Shown here: one piece after another, positions 29,598 through 40,578 of the stretch
How the letters are laid out: each line of letters opens with the position of its first letter
Position numbering within the stretch: the first letter of the stretch is position 1
Source of the DNA: an uncultured Clostridia bacterium
GTDB lineage: Bacteria; Bacillota; Clostridia; TANB77; CAG-508
Reading direction: 5' to 3'
DNA: 64,000 nt
NCBI GenBank assembly: GCA_944393135.1
Contig: CALXZC010000001.1
Span: forward strand, 75,748 to 139,747
Notes under the pieces: model-generated
Database searches by the model: none
Seen by the model: the letters and a program-made list of their open reading frames with translations, nothing else
Told to the model about the DNA's origin: nothing
Position numbers and translations under genes: made by a program

Positions 29598-32300
29598 ATG
29601 AAATATCAATTAGCTAAATGTAAGTCTACAACACTACAAGATGTTCCAATAGTAGAAGGTCAGATAGTATATGTAGAAGATACAGGTGATAATTACTTAG
29701 ATACAAATTCTACAAGATTAAAAATTTCCGATATAATATTTTTAGATTCTGAAGCCTTCAAAACAACTATCGTGCCTACTTTAAACAAGTTATATTTTAT
29801 CAAAGATAGTCAAACATTACAAGTATATAATGGTACAATATGGGAAGAGGTAGTAGCTAGAAGTGTAGCTTCAAAAGTATCATATACAAACACGGACTTA
29901 TCTGCTGTAAATGTACAAGGTGCCTTAGATGAAATTAATAATAAAATTAATTTAAAAGTAACACAAACTACATTACCAGATAAATTATATGGTACGGATG
30001 AAAAAGGTAATCAAACTGTATTTGATAAAAATAGTTTAACTGAAGTAGATGATGTACAAGTAGATGGAACATCTATAGTAAAAGAAAAAATAGCAAATAT
30101 AGATTTACAAAGTATTAAATCCGATTATAATACACAAATAAACAGTTTAACACAAATAGTTAATGACAATAAGAATAGTGTGGATAATAATATAGCAAAT
30201 ATAAATACTGTAATTGATAATTTAACTGATACAGTAAATAACAATAAGACAACGACAGATAATAACATACAGGATATAAATAACGAAATTAATAGTATAA
30301 ATACAAATATACAAGAAATGAATACAAATATAAATACTAATACAACAAATATAGAAAATGTATCCAATACTGTAAATACTAATACAACAAATATAGCAAA
30401 TATAAATACTGAATTAAATAATTTAAATGATGTAATAAATGGAAATAAAACAGATGTAGATACAAATATAACAAATTTACAAAACACTAAATTAGATAAA
30501 ACATTTGCAAGTAATGTAGATAATAATATAACAGCAAATATAGAATTTAGTCCATCAGGACAAAGAAATGGTGTTTATATTAAAGCAACTATGTTAAACC
30601 CAACAGATTCTACAACACAGGAATTTGGTTCTTATTTGTATTCAAGTACAGATGATATTGTATATACAGGAAAAGAAGATGGAATAGATACAACAATTCC
30701 CAAATTAAATACACTTGAAGAAACAATAAATACAAATAAAACTGAAACAGATAAGAGTATAGCAGATTTAACTGAAATAGTTTCTAATAATAAAACAGAA
30801 TTAGAACAAAGTATTAATACCAATAGTTCTAATATTTCACAGTTACAAACAAGTGTTAAAACATTAGAAACAAATGTGGATACTAATACAGAAAATATAA
30901 ATACTTTACAAACACAGGTAGAAACAAATACTGGAAATATAACAACTAATACAGAAGATATAAATACATTAAAGTCTAATGTTAGTGAACTACAAACAAG
31001 TGTTGAGGATAATACACAAACTATTACAACAATAAATAGTAATGTTACACAAAATACAAATGATATACAAAGTTTAACAACAAGAGTTACAACAGCTGAA
31101 AATAATATAACTGAAAACACAACTAATATAAGTAATAATACTCAAAGTATTGGCAATATAAATACAACACTTGAAAATCAAGCAGATAGTATAAGTGTAT
31201 TGGAAACACAAACAGAAACAAATAGAGTAACAACACAAGCAAACACAGTTGCAATACAAGGACTTGTAAATCAATTTGATACATATCATCATTATTTTCA
31301 AGGGTATTATGAACATACAGCAGATATACAAGAATTAGAAGCTGAACGTGGAGACTATGCTTATAACGGAGAAACAAATACTATATGGGCATTTGATACA
31401 GTATGGTCTGATACATTTGACCCAATACCTTCAGATATGGGTGGAAAAACACAAACAACTCCACTTATGGATGGAGAAGCAAGTGTTGGTACTGAAAATT
31501 ATTATGCGGCAGGAGACCACAGACATCCTACAGATATTACAAGAGCAAGTGCTGAAGATTTAACGGCACATATTAATAATAAAACAAATCCACATAGTGT
31601 AACAAAGGAACAAGTTGGACTTAGTAATGTAGATAATACAAGTGATATTAATAAGCCAATATCAACTGCAACACAAAACGCTTTAGATTTAAAACAAAAT
31701 ATTACAGATAATACATTATTAACAGATTCAAAAATAATACCAAATTCAATTAATGAAGTATATAATAATTTAAAAGCATTACAAGATTTAATGACACAAA
31801 CATATTTTGTATATAAACATAATAATTTTGAAGTAGTACCTAATAAAACTGTAAGTTTTCAGTTAAGGGAATTTGTGGATATTGATGATGCTATGATAAT
31901 AGATGAAAATTATGCTTATACTAATAGTAAAAATACATATAGATTATTAAGTACAGAAAGTAATATTACAGAACTTGGTTTCTGTTCAAATGGCTGGATA
32001 GGATTTACACAAAACGGTATTGAATATGTATATTTAAATCAAAAATTTATGGAAATGTTTGCAAGAGAATTAGGTATGACAAACGAAGGATATCAAGGAG
32101 ATGGATGGTATAAATATACAATGAGTCTTGGTTCAGGTGTAATAAATATGGACTTTGAAAAAATTAATTATACACAATTAAGTGGTGTACAAACTATGAA
32201 AATAAGTTCTATTACAGAAGGTAGTGCCGCAACACCTGTTACAAGTATAAACAGTAATGATTTACAATATATTGCTAATTTTATTAAAATAGTAGAATAA
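29598..32300 (+). CDS. tail fibre protein 3 (900 aa) with NT..NI coiled-coil repeats and HxH motif (YAAGDHRHPTD)
   Basis: RBS taggaggg; N-terminus and central PLMDG..HxH..NPH block shared with fibre 2. Confidence 0.8.
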   Translation: MKYQLAKCKSTTLQDVPIVEGQIVYVEDTGDNYLDTNSTRLKISDIIFLDSEAFKTTIVPTLNKLYFIKDSQTLQVYNGTIWEEVVARSVASKVSYTNTDLSAVNVQGALDEINNKINLKVTQTTLPDKLYGTDEKGNQTVFDKNSLTEVDDVQVDGTSIVKEKIANIDLQSIKSDYNTQINSLTQIVNDNKNSVDNNIANINTVIDNLTDTVNNNKTTTDNNIQDINNEINSINTNIQEMNTNINTNTTNIENVSNTVNTNTTNIANINTELNNLNDVINGNKTDVDTNITNLQNTKLDKTFASNVDNNITANIEFSPSGQRNGVYIKATMLNPTDSTTQEFGSYLYSSTDDIVYTGKEDGIDTTIPKLNTLEETINTNKTETDKSIADLTEIVSNNKTELEQSINTNSSNISQLQTSVKTLETNVDTNTENINTLQTQVETNTGNITTNTEDINTLKSNVSELQTSVEDNTQTITTINSNVTQNTNDIQSLTTRVTTAENNITENTTNISNNTQSIGNINTTLENQADSISVLETQTETNRVTTQANTVAIQGLVNQFDTYHHYFQGYYEHTADIQELEAERGDYAYNGETNTIWAFDTVWSDTFDPIPSDMGGKTQTTPLMDGEASVGTENYYAAGDHRHPTDITRASAEDLTAHINNKTNPHSVTKEQVGLSNVDNTSDINKPISTATQNALDLKQNITDNTLLTDSKIIPNSINEVYNNLKALQDLMTQTYFVYKHNNFEVVPNKTVSFQLREFVDIDDAMIIDENYAYTNSKNTYRLLSTESNITELGFCSNGWIGFTQNGIEYVYLNQKFMEMFARELGMTNEGYQGDGWYKYTMSLGSGVINMDFEKINYTQLSGVQTMKISSITEGSAATPVTSINSNDLQYIANFIKIVE

Positions 32301-32318
32301 TAATCTAATTTGATAAGA

Positions 32319-32351
32319 GGAAGGGTATTTATATCCTTCCTTTATTTGTTT
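32319..32351 (+). terminator. rho-independent terminator
   Basis: ggaagg(g)tat...atatccttcc stem + tttatttgttt. Confidence 0.6.
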
Positions 32352-32360
32352 AAATTACAA

Positions 32361-32378
32361 GTAAAATAATAGTAGGAG
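32361..32378 (+). promoter_or_regulatory. late-type motif variant GTAAAATAATAGTAGGAGG abutting RBS
   Basis: Near-identical to copy at 5281. Confidence 0.4.
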
Positions 32379-32388
32379 GTATTTGAAA

Positions 32389-32634
32389 ATGGTTATATTT
32401 AATTTAAAAACTATAGCAAATAGTTTAGATAATAAATTAGGTTCAAAAGGACATTTTGAACAAAAATTTGGACTCGAATATTTAGTACCTAATGTAACTG
32501 AAGAAAAAGTATTAGAAGCTGGATTTACTTTTGTCGGTTACGATTTTCAACATAATCATCCAATGTATAGATACCAAAACTTAGAAGCATTTTTTGACGA
32601 AGGAATTTTACATATTTACGAGATGATTAGATAA
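32389..32634 (+). CDS. hypothetical small protein (81 aa)
   Basis: ATG 32389 10 nt after aggagg (track gives TTG 32383). Confidence 0.55.
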   Translation: MVIFNLKTIANSLDNKLGSKGHFEQKFGLEYLVPNVTEEKVLEAGFTFVGYDFQHNHPMYRYQNLEAFFDEGILHIYEMIR

Positions 32635-32645
32635 GTGGTGATAAA

Positions 32646-33017
32646 ATGAATACTTTAAATTATGAAAAATTATATACAGATGAAGATATTAATATAGGAG
32701 ATGTAATAGAATTAGAACCTATATCAAATAAGGTTACACGTAGTTTAAATAAAAAACATAATAACAATAAAGTTATAGGAGTTTGTGTTAAAATCGAAAA
32801 TAACACGATTGTCGTGGCAAATAAAGGTATTACAGATATTAATGTAACAGGATTGATTTGTATAGGTGATAAATTAACTTCAAGTAATATAGCTGGTAAA
32901 GCACAGGCAATTAGATATAGACAAGATGAAACACAATTTAATATTAGAAGTATTGGAAAAGTAATTGAATTATATAAAGTTTATAATATTGTTAAAATAT
33001 TACTTGATGTAGAATAA
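32646..33017 (+). CDS. hypothetical protein, tail-fibre-associated paralog B
   Basis: Shares INIGDVI and RSIGKVI..LLDVE with ORF 16266. Confidence 0.65.
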   Translation: MNTLNYEKLYTDEDINIGDVIELEPISNKVTRSLNKKHNNNKVIGVCVKIENNTIVVANKGITDINVTGLICIGDKLTSSNIAGKAQAIRYRQDETQFNIRSIGKVIELYKVYNIVKILLDVE

Positions 33018-33035
33018 TATGAAAGGAGGCACTAT

Positions 33036-33641
33036 ATGGGACTTTTAGTAAGAGACGATAGTAGATTATTTAGAAAATATTTCGCAGAAATGTGTAAGCT
33101 AATTGGTATAAGTGTTGGATATCAATATGTTGTTAAAAAACAAATGACAATACATAGTGAAGATAATAGTATATTATCTATGCCGATAAGACTCGATATA
33201 ATATTTGATGAAAATCCTACTATTGATACATTAAATAAACTTGGTTGGGTGGCAGAAATTGGTGAACAAAGACCTATAATTATAAATGTTCCTTATAATA
33301 CTCCACATTTAACTGTGAATGCTAGAGTAACAATAGAAACAATAGATGGTGTACAAAAACCTAGAGTATTTAGAATTACTAAAATTAAAAGTGATTTAGA
33401 ATATCCAGATGCTTATACTTGTGCTGTTGTTCCAGTATTTAAACAATATCCTCAAAAGAACCAATATACACTTGTTAATGCTGAAAAAGTAAATCAAGAA
33501 AAATCAGAAAGAACAAGTGAAGACCAACCATACAGATATATTACTAATACCGAAGACATAGATACTACTCCAGATAAATATAAAGAGTGGGAAAATACAT
33601 TTGATTTTATAAATGATAAAAATAGTCCGTATAGTGGTTAA
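33036..33641 (+). CDS. hypothetical protein (201 aa)
   Basis: RBS aaaggagg. Confidence 0.65.
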   Translation: MGLLVRDDSRLFRKYFAEMCKLIGISVGYQYVVKKQMTIHSEDNSILSMPIRLDIIFDENPTIDTLNKLGWVAEIGEQRPIIINVPYNTPHLTVNARVTIETIDGVQKPRVFRITKIKSDLEYPDAYTCAVVPVFKQYPQKNQYTLVNAEKVNQEKSERTSEDQPYRYITNTEDIDTTPDKYKEWENTFDFINDKNSPYSG

Positions 33642-34143
33642 TTATATGTTATTATTTCAATTTCAGTTTTCACAAGTGGAAGACGAAAAAGAATATGAGA
33701 TAATACCTAATTTTTGTAAATGGTTATGTGAACAAGTATATGCTAGAATTGATACAGTTGTTAATAGGCGAAAAATACAATTAAGAATAAATTATTTATA
33801 TACAGTACCTTGGATAAAATGGTTAAAACCTGTTTATATTGATACAGAAATGATTATGGAGTCTATACATAAAAGTTTAACATATAAACAGTATCGAGGT
33901 AATGTATGGAAAATTGAAACAAATACAACAATGCTAATACCTAACACTAAAACAAATTTTGATAGATTAATTAGATTTATTAATTTTGGAGATGCTCAAA
34001 TAACAGCAACAGGTATATTCACGTTAATACAAGAACATTATACTTTTTATGAATTACAAAATTTATGGTATATGTATTGTTTAAAGGAATTAGGTTATAC
34101 CTCAGAAACAAGAATTATAGGTGAGGGAGGTAGAAATAAATAA
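33613..34143 (+). CDS. hypothetical protein; start uncertain (33613 or ATG 33646)
   Basis: ORF in track; no strong RBS at either start. Confidence 0.5.
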   Translation: MIKIVRIVVNYMLLFQFQFSQVEDEKEYEIIPNFCKWLCEQVYARIDTVVNRRKIQLRINYLYTVPWIKWLKPVYIDTEMIMESIHKSLTYKQYRGNVWKIETNTTMLIPNTKTNFDRLIRFINFGDAQITATGIFTLIQEHYTFYELQNLWYMYCLKELGYTSETRIIGEGGRNK

Positions 34144-34853
34144 TGAGTGATAACAGAGATTTAGTAGAACAACAAATAAATGAACAAGATGTCAGTGTTT
34201 ATGCTTATGACAGAGCTTTAGTATCTGACTTAAGAGCTAGGTTTAGTCGCTCTCCTATTAAAGATAGTGAAGTTAATAAAAATGTACAAATAGGTTCTCC
34301 AGATTTAATGTATAACATTATAGGACAATTAAGTGAAGATGAACCTGTATTACCTTTTGTAAGCTTACAAAGATTAAATTGGCAATTAAATTTGGATAGA
34401 CAAGGATATCAAACTTTTGTGGGTGATAGAGTATATACAAGACTAGGTCCAGATAATAAACCAATTGAAGTTAGAGCTAGAGTTATTCCAGTTACAATTA
34501 ATTGGCAACTTAGTGTTTGGACAAAAGATAGAATTACAAATGACGCTTTAGTAAGAGAACTTTTATGGTATTATCATTTACGTCCTTCACTTCTTGTTTA
34601 TGTACAACACGGTATAAATATTGCACATAAATTTAATATATATTTTAATAGTGGTATCGAAGATAATAGTGATATAGCAAATCAACTTAATAACGGTACA
34701 TATTTTAGACAAGATTTAAGTTTATATAGTGACGACACTTATTTATGGAAGGCTAATTATCAAAATAAAGTGGAAATTGCTCCACATTTATATTTTAATT
34801 ATGGAGTAGATAATAATACACAACCAATATCCAATATAGATATTGAAATTTAA
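34143..34853 (+). CDS. hypothetical protein (236 aa)
   Basis: RBS ggtgagggaggtag; ATGA overlap with upstream stop. Confidence 0.7.
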   Translation: MSDNRDLVEQQINEQDVSVYAYDRALVSDLRARFSRSPIKDSEVNKNVQIGSPDLMYNIIGQLSEDEPVLPFVSLQRLNWQLNLDRQGYQTFVGDRVYTRLGPDNKPIEVRARVIPVTINWQLSVWTKDRITNDALVRELLWYYHLRPSLLVYVQHGINIAHKFNIYFNSGIEDNSDIANQLNNGTYFRQDLSLYSDDTYLWKANYQNKVEIAPHLYFNYGVDNNTQPISNIDIEI

Positions 34854-34885
34854 GTAAAATAATTATTGAAAGGTGGGAGATATAA

Positions 34886-35266
34886 GTGAGTAAAAAAGTT
34901 ATTAATATAACTAAAAAGAAATTAAATATTGGTAAATTTACATTAGAACCTTTAAAACCTGTCGTTTTTAAAGATGTTGAATTAACAATTTCTAATACAA
35001 GGTTAATAAATGAATATGTAAATTTAGGTTTTTTAAAAGTGTTTGATGTGCAGGAAAAACCGTTATTATATACACAATTACAGGAATATAAAGAAGAACA
35101 ACAAATTAATTTACAACAGGAAGAACAAAAAATTGAAGAACAAAAAGAAGTAGAAATAGTTAAAGTAGATGAAACTAAAGAAGATGTAGAAAAGAAAACT
35201 AGTAAAACAACAAATAAAAGAAAAAATACTAAAAAACAAGAGGAGGAAGAAGTAAATGAACAATAA
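34886..35266 (+). CDS. hypothetical protein with K/E-rich C-terminal tail
   Basis: GTG start after RBS aaggtgggag. Confidence 0.55.
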   Translation: MSKKVINITKKKLNIGKFTLEPLKPVVFKDVELTISNTRLINEYVNLGFLKVFDVQEKPLLYTQLQEYKEEQQINLQQEEQKIEEQKEVEIVKVDETKEDVEKKTSKTTNKRKNTKKQEEEEVNEQ

Positions 35267-35942
35267 ATTACAAGAAGCAATAGAAGTACACGATACTTTA
35301 AATCCTCTATTATGGAATGAAAATAATACATTAAAACAAGATGTATTTGAAAAACTATCAAATATCGCTCAAGAGTTTTTAAAATTTATAGAAATACCAC
35401 TTAATATAGTAGACATTGAAATAGTTGGTTCTAATGCTTCTTATAATTATAACGAAAAAAGTGATATAGATTTACATATTATAGTTAATAGTGAAGTGAA
35501 TTATATTGAACCTACAATATTAAGACAACTATATAATGACAGAAAAGGTGCGTTTAATAGAGATTATGAATTAGAAATAAATGGACTTCCAGTTGAATTA
35601 TATATAGAAGATGTTAAAGATGGGAATGCGACTAATGGTAGATTTAGTATTTTAAAAAATGAATGGGTAAAATTTCCTGAACCAATTACTTATGAAGTAC
35701 CAGATATAAGTAAAGATTTAAATGAAATGCTAGATAAATGTTTTAAAACATTACAAAGTAGTGATGCTGAAGAAGTAAGAACACTTATTAATGATATTTA
35801 TATGATGAGAAAATTAGGACTTGCAGAGGATGGAGAAGCAAGTGTTGGTAATTTAGTATTTAAAGAGTTAAGAAATATGGATATTATGTCTGATTTAAAA
35901 GACCATTATTATGAATTAAGAAGTGAAGAATTAAGTTTATAA
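35256..35942 (+). CDS. putative nucleotidyltransferase (minimal Pol-beta-type NTase fold)
   Basis: IEIVGSNASYNYNEKSDIDLHIIV = hG[GS]-x13-DhDh signature; RBS gaggagg. Confidence 0.6.
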   Translation: MNNKLQEAIEVHDTLNPLLWNENNTLKQDVFEKLSNIAQEFLKFIEIPLNIVDIEIVGSNASYNYNEKSDIDLHIIVNSEVNYIEPTILRQLYNDRKGAFNRDYELEINGLPVELYIEDVKDGNATNGRFSILKNEWVKFPEPITYEVPDISKDLNEMLDKCFKTLQSSDAEEVRTLINDIYMMRKLGLAEDGEASVGNLVFKELRNMDIMSDLKDHYYELRSEELSL

Positions 35943-35973
35943 AAATATTTTATAAAAATATTTGTAAAAACCC

Positions 35974-36002
35974 TTTACAAATTTTTAAAAATATGTTATA
36001 AA
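35974..36002 (+). promoter_or_regulatory. sigma70-like promoter family copy (TTTACA-17-TATAAA)
   Basis: aaaaccctTTACAaatttttaaaaatatgtTATAAAaat. Confidence 0.6.
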
Positions 36003-36035
36003 AATAATTGTAAATTAAATAAGGAGGTAAAATAA

Positions 36036-37862
36036 ATGAAAGCAAGATTTAAAAGAAGTGTAATAAATGAAAGTATAAACTCAGATGGATTTTCAAATGA
36101 TGAAGAATTACAAAAGTATTTTCAAGATTTAGGTGATTTACCTGATGAAGTAGAAATTGATGGTATTGAATATAAAATGGAACAATATGGTGGTTCAGGA
36201 GATAATGCTTATGTTATTTATACTGATGTAAATAATGATGATAGTTATATTAAAGTATTTTATACATTAAATAAAACAGGTGAAAATAGTTATGAAGGAA
36301 TTAAAGAAATAAAAGGAGTATCAGACTTAAGAGAAAGTAAAAAAATAACAGAATCAGAAAGTTCATTAGATGGAAAAGATGTTACAAACGATTTTCAAAT
36401 GATGAAAGCCTTTACTAGTAATTTTGGACCAGTAAAAATAATTAAAAATTCTTATGATAAAAATTATTACATTTATAAAGCAGATGAAACAGATAGTAAA
36501 AATTATATAGATTTTTCTAAAAATAAAGATTATATAGAAGGTTGGTTAAGTGGTGCTATAAAAGCTAATAACAAAATAATAAATAGTGTAACAGAATCTG
36601 TAGAAGGACAAGATATTTTAACAACATTAAAACAACGTAAGAACGCTATAATACGATTAATAACTAAATATGATGATGTAGGAGACGAAGATAAAATAAA
36701 AGATTTAAATAAAAAATTACAACAAGTTGAAATAGATATAGAAAATTATTCTAATCCGGATAAACCTATGATAATGTCTAATTTAGAGGAATCTAATACT
36801 GAAAGAAAAAGAATACCAACAGAAGATTTACCAGATTTATGTTATGGATATAATCATACAACACAAGAAATTATAATACTTAAAAAAGGTGTTATGGGAT
36901 ATTATCCATCAAAAGTAAATTTAGATAATTTACCAGAAGGAACAGACAGAGACAAATGGGCAGAAGATTATGTTAAAGAACAAAATAAAATATTAGGTGT
37001 TACAGAAGAGCAGGCACAGCAAATGCAAATAAATAGTATGTTTGGTTGGGAGGATACAAAAATGGAAAGTAAAAAATTAAAAACAGAAGTAACTGAAGTT
37101 GGAGGAGAAGATATTAGTATAGACTCTATATTTCATTTTCCAAATGTAATTGAAGCTATGCAGGAAACTTGTCGTGAAGCTATTTTTGAATTACAAAACG
37201 AAACAAATGCTCCTGTTACAGAAGCTGATGTAAGAGTTATATATAATTCTTTGGATGAACTTCAAGATAAAGTAGATAAATATTTAGAAAAAGCTAATCC
37301 AGATGAAGATATAAATGAAAGTAAAAAAGTAGAATCTTATAATTCTGATGGATTTCCAAATGACGAAGATTTACAAAAGTATTTTCAAAAATTAGGTAAA
37401 TTACCTGATAAAATAGAGTTAGATGGTATTACTTATAATATGGAACAATATGGTGGAAGTGGAGAAAATTCTTATGTAATATATACAGATGCTAATAATA
37501 ATGATAGTTATATTAAAGTATTTTATTCTATGAATAAAGTAGACGATAATTCATATAAGGGTGTAAAAGAAATAACTGGAGTATCTGATTTAAGAGAAAA
37601 TAAAAAATTAAATGAATCTACACAACAATTTATTATAGGTTTAACAAATAAAAGTGTTAAAGAATTAATAGAAGATGAAACATACGATAGTTATGTTAAA
37701 GATATTAAAGCTAAAGATGATGGAAATGGAGTCGAAATTGAATTAACAGACAATAAAGAGGAAGCTTTAAAATTTGAAAATAAAATTGATGCTGAAATAG
37801 CAGCTTCTGAAATAGAGCAAATACAAAATGATTTTTCAACAGTAATAGTAATAGCTCTTTAA
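36036..37862 (+). CDS. acidic protein (608 aa) with internal ~95-aa duplicated module
   Basis: RBS aaggaggt; SDGF.NDE.LQKYFQ.LG.LPD..E.DGI.Y.MEQYGGSG.N.YVIYTD module at aa ~10-105 and ~430-525. Confidence 0.75.
   Translation: MKARFKRSVINESINSDGFSNDEELQKYFQDLGDLPDEVEIDGIEYKMEQYGGSGDNAYVIYTDVNNDDSYIKVFYTLNKTGENSYEGIKEIKGVSDLRESKKITESESSLDGKDVTNDFQMMKAFTSNFGPVKIIKNSYDKNYYIYKADETDSKNYIDFSKNKDYIEGWLSGAIKANNKIINSVTESVEGQDILTTLKQRKNAIIRLITKYDDVGDEDKIKDLNKKLQQVEIDIENYSNPDKPMIMSNLEESNTERKRIPTEDLPDLCYGYNHTTQEIIILKKGVMGYYPSKVNLDNLPEGTDRDKWAEDYVKEQNKILGVTEEQAQQMQINSMFGWEDTKMESKKLKTEVTEVGGEDISIDSIFHFPNVIEAMQETCREAIFELQNETNAPVTEADVRVIYNSLDELQDKVDKYLEKANPDEDINESKKVESYNSDGFPNDEDLQKYFQKLGKLPDKIELDGITYNMEQYGGSGENSYVIYTDANNNDSYIKVFYSMNKVDDNSYKGVKEITGVSDLRENKKLNESTQQFIIGLTNKSVKELIEDETYDSYVKDIKAKDDGNGVEIELTDNKEEALKFENKIDAEIAASEIEQIQNDFSTVIVIAL
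37333..37625 (+). repeat. intragenic duplication: second copy of ~300-bp module first seen at 36063-36365
   Basis: Long diverged direct repeat at DNA and protein level. Confidence 0.7.
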
Positions 37863-37921
37863 AATTTTTAGGAGGTGTTAAAAATTAAGAAGTTATTAAC
37901 ACATAAGGAGTTGGTAGAAGC

Positions 37922-39245
37922 TATGAATAAGAGGAATAAAATACAAGAGACATATGAAAGTTCTTTTGAACAATATAAAGATAAAGTTGATTATGATATT
38001 ATTTTAGAAGGAACTATTGGTTATGAAGTAGTGGGGGCAGATGAATCATCTACTCCTACTGAAGAACAATTACAAGACGGTGAAGAAAAAATATTCGAAC
38101 AAATAAAAAGTTTAATAAATAATGAAGACTTTTTATATGACATATTTGAGGATACAGGTATTGCAAGAGGAAGAATATACGGAGAGTTTACAGACCAAGA
38201 AGTTAACGATAATAAATTATATTTTAAATTAGGTATATCAAAAGAAGAATCTACAAAAAAATTAGATGTAAATGAAATAAAAGAATATTTTGAACAATTT
38301 TTAGAAGACTTAGGTTCTAATGTAGATTTAGAATCCGTTATGGGTTGGTCAAACGAGGAAGAAGATGTAGAACCAACACACGTAGAATTAGATATAACAG
38401 GTAAACCTGAAATAAAAATATTAAAAAATGAAACAGAATCAGTAAAAGATAATAAAATAACAGAATCTAAAATTATTGATAGTATTGATAGAAAATTAGT
38501 AATGGAAGGAAAACTAAAGTTTATAAAAGAAAATAACATTAAATCTATTATATTAAATGACGACGGTATTATGGAATTATATGAGAATAAAAAATTGATA
38601 GATTCTAAACCTTTTTCAAAACTAGGTATACAAAGACTATGTAAATCTATTATGCAAGAGAATTATTCTATTTATATAACAACAGGTGAATATCCTGTAT
38701 ATAATTCTAAAAAATATGATACAGTAGATACAGAAGAGCAGGCACAAGATATAGTTGCAGAACTAAATTCACAAGGTATAAGTGCCGGATATGAAAAAGA
38801 CGAAAATTTACAAGAAGATGTTAAATCAGATGAAATAAAAGATTCAAACGGTGATAATATAGATTTAGAACAAACAAAACAAAATATTGAACAAAGTATT
38901 GAAAAAGTAGATGAACTACAAGATTTAAAAGATGAACTACAAGATAAAGTAGATAATTTATATAATGAATCAAAAATGGAAGAAGAAAAAATAGATTCTT
39001 TTGTTTCTACTCCTTTTACACAACAACTTTTAAATACACAAGATATATATAATCTAAAACCTGAACAAGAGTTGACAGTTGAACAAGTTGCGTATATAAC
39101 AAATTTATTTGGTTCATTAGACGATTTTAAAGAAAGTTTAATACAGCTTGCTGATATGACAGCTTTACCTATTGAAACACATTTCATTAGTATAGACGAA
39201 TATATAAAGGAAATGGAAAATGAATTTAATAAGGAGGTTAATTAA
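37922..39245 (+). CDS. acidic hypothetical protein
   Basis: ATG 37922 10 nt after ataaggag preferred over track's GTG 37875, which abuts the RBS. Confidence 0.65.
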
Positions 39246-39250
39246 TAGTT

Positions 39251-40390
39251 ATGGAACTAGGAAAAATTAAAAATTATTCACAAACATCAAAATTAGAAAT
39301 GTTAAAACATTTAAAAGAAGGTAAAGTTTTTGATGTAGACGAAAATACAGATTTAAAAACTTCCGAAGTAAGTACTAATATTCCAAAAGATGCTAAAATA
39401 GAAAAAGACGATAAAAAGGCATTTGAGGAATATAAAGCTATGTATAAAGATATTATAACCCAAAAATGTATTGAAGACTACGGTACTGATATAGATAAAC
39501 AATTATGGGAAGATACAGCTAAAGAATTATTTTTAAAAACTAAAACATATATTCCAACAGGAGAAGAGAAATCACAAGGAACTTTAGATAAAAAAGAAGA
39601 AAACAAATTACAATTAGAAAGTAGAGATAGAGTTGCAGAAAATTTATCTAAGTTTATATATGATTTAACTACAGAACAAGATACAGAAGCTTACGGGGAA
39701 ACAGCTTGGTCTGGAAACCAACCTACAAAAATGGGTAATGGTGTTACTGTATATGAAGTATATAAAAATGGTAAATCAAATTACACAATGGACGATATTA
39801 AAAAAGCTGTACTTGAAAAATTTCCAGAATTAGATGTATATGGTACATCATACTCTAGTATATTTTTCTATAAACCACAAAAAACAGAAAATAAATTACA
39901 AGAAGATACTACAAACTTAGAATATAATTATATGTTATTAGATAGATTAAAACAAGACTGTGAATATTTTTTAGGTAATGGAAACGGTAATGTAGATACA
40001 TTATGGGCAAAAGATATAGACGAGCAAATTGCTAAAATGAAAGAATTATATAATTCTTTTACAGATGATGAAAAACCTGAATGGATAACAATAGAAGATA
40101 TAGATAATTACGAAAAGAAAATGAAAGCCTTAAAAGACAGTAAAGAAAAGAAAACAGAAGTTACTGAAAAAGATTTAGATAATGAAGATAAGAAAGAAGA
40201 AACAGTAGTTACAGATTATACATTAAGTGAAATTAAAAAAATTATAGATTCTAATGGAAATGATTTTACAATAAAGATAGTAAATTCAAACGAAGATGTT
40301 GAAACAAAAACATTAAATATTGATAGAGAGGATTTAATTAATATTTATAATGTATTAGGTAATAGTAAAATTACAGAAAACAAAATTTAG
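39251..40390 (+). CDS. hypothetical protein (379 aa)
   Basis: ORF; weak RBS. Confidence 0.65.
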   Translation: MELGKIKNYSQTSKLEMLKHLKEGKVFDVDENTDLKTSEVSTNIPKDAKIEKDDKKAFEEYKAMYKDIITQKCIEDYGTDIDKQLWEDTAKELFLKTKTYIPTGEEKSQGTLDKKEENKLQLESRDRVAENLSKFIYDLTTEQDTEAYGETAWSGNQPTKMGNGVTVYEVYKNGKSNYTMDDIKKAVLEKFPELDVYGTSYSSIFFYKPQKTENKLQEDTTNLEYNYMLLDRLKQDCEYFLGNGNGNVDTLWAKDIDEQIAKMKELYNSFTDDEKPEWITIEDIDNYEKKMKALKDSKEKKTEVTEKDLDNEDKKEETVVTDYTLSEIKKIIDSNGNDFTIKIVNSNEDVETKTLNIDREDLINIYNVLGNSKITENKI

Positions 40391-40466
40391 TTAATGTAGT
40401 TATAGATTATTTTGAAGACCCTGATATGTTTGAATAATATTAAAAATATACTTATAAATTCATTAA

Positions 40467-40501
40467 AAGTAGTGTAAAAATACACTACTTTTTTATTTTT
40501 C
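40467..40501 (+). terminator. rho-independent terminator
   Basis: aagtagtgta-aaa-tacactactt 10-bp stem + ttttttattttt. Confidence 0.8.
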
Positions 40502-40513
40502 TAAAAGTGTAAA

Positions 40514-40533
40514 GTAAAATATTATTGAGTAAG
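40514..40533 (+). promoter_or_regulatory. late-type motif GTAAAATATTATTGAGTAAG
   Basis: Immediately after terminator, upstream of prohead protease-like gene. Confidence 0.45.
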
Positions 40534-40578
40534 ATTTATGATTAATTATAAATTAATAAGAAGGAGATAGATAGAATT

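Noticed and set aside
18000-31300. Possible CRISPR-like periodic repeats in tail-fibre genes
   Set aside because: Periodicity is at the protein heptad/module level inside continuous ORFs. There are no conserved short direct repeats with unique spacers and no leader.
35941-35966. AT palindrome aaaatattttataaaaatattt after ORF 35942 as a terminator
   Set aside because: Pure A/T stem with negligible stability. It is more likely part of the UP/AT-rich region of the adjacent promoter copy.
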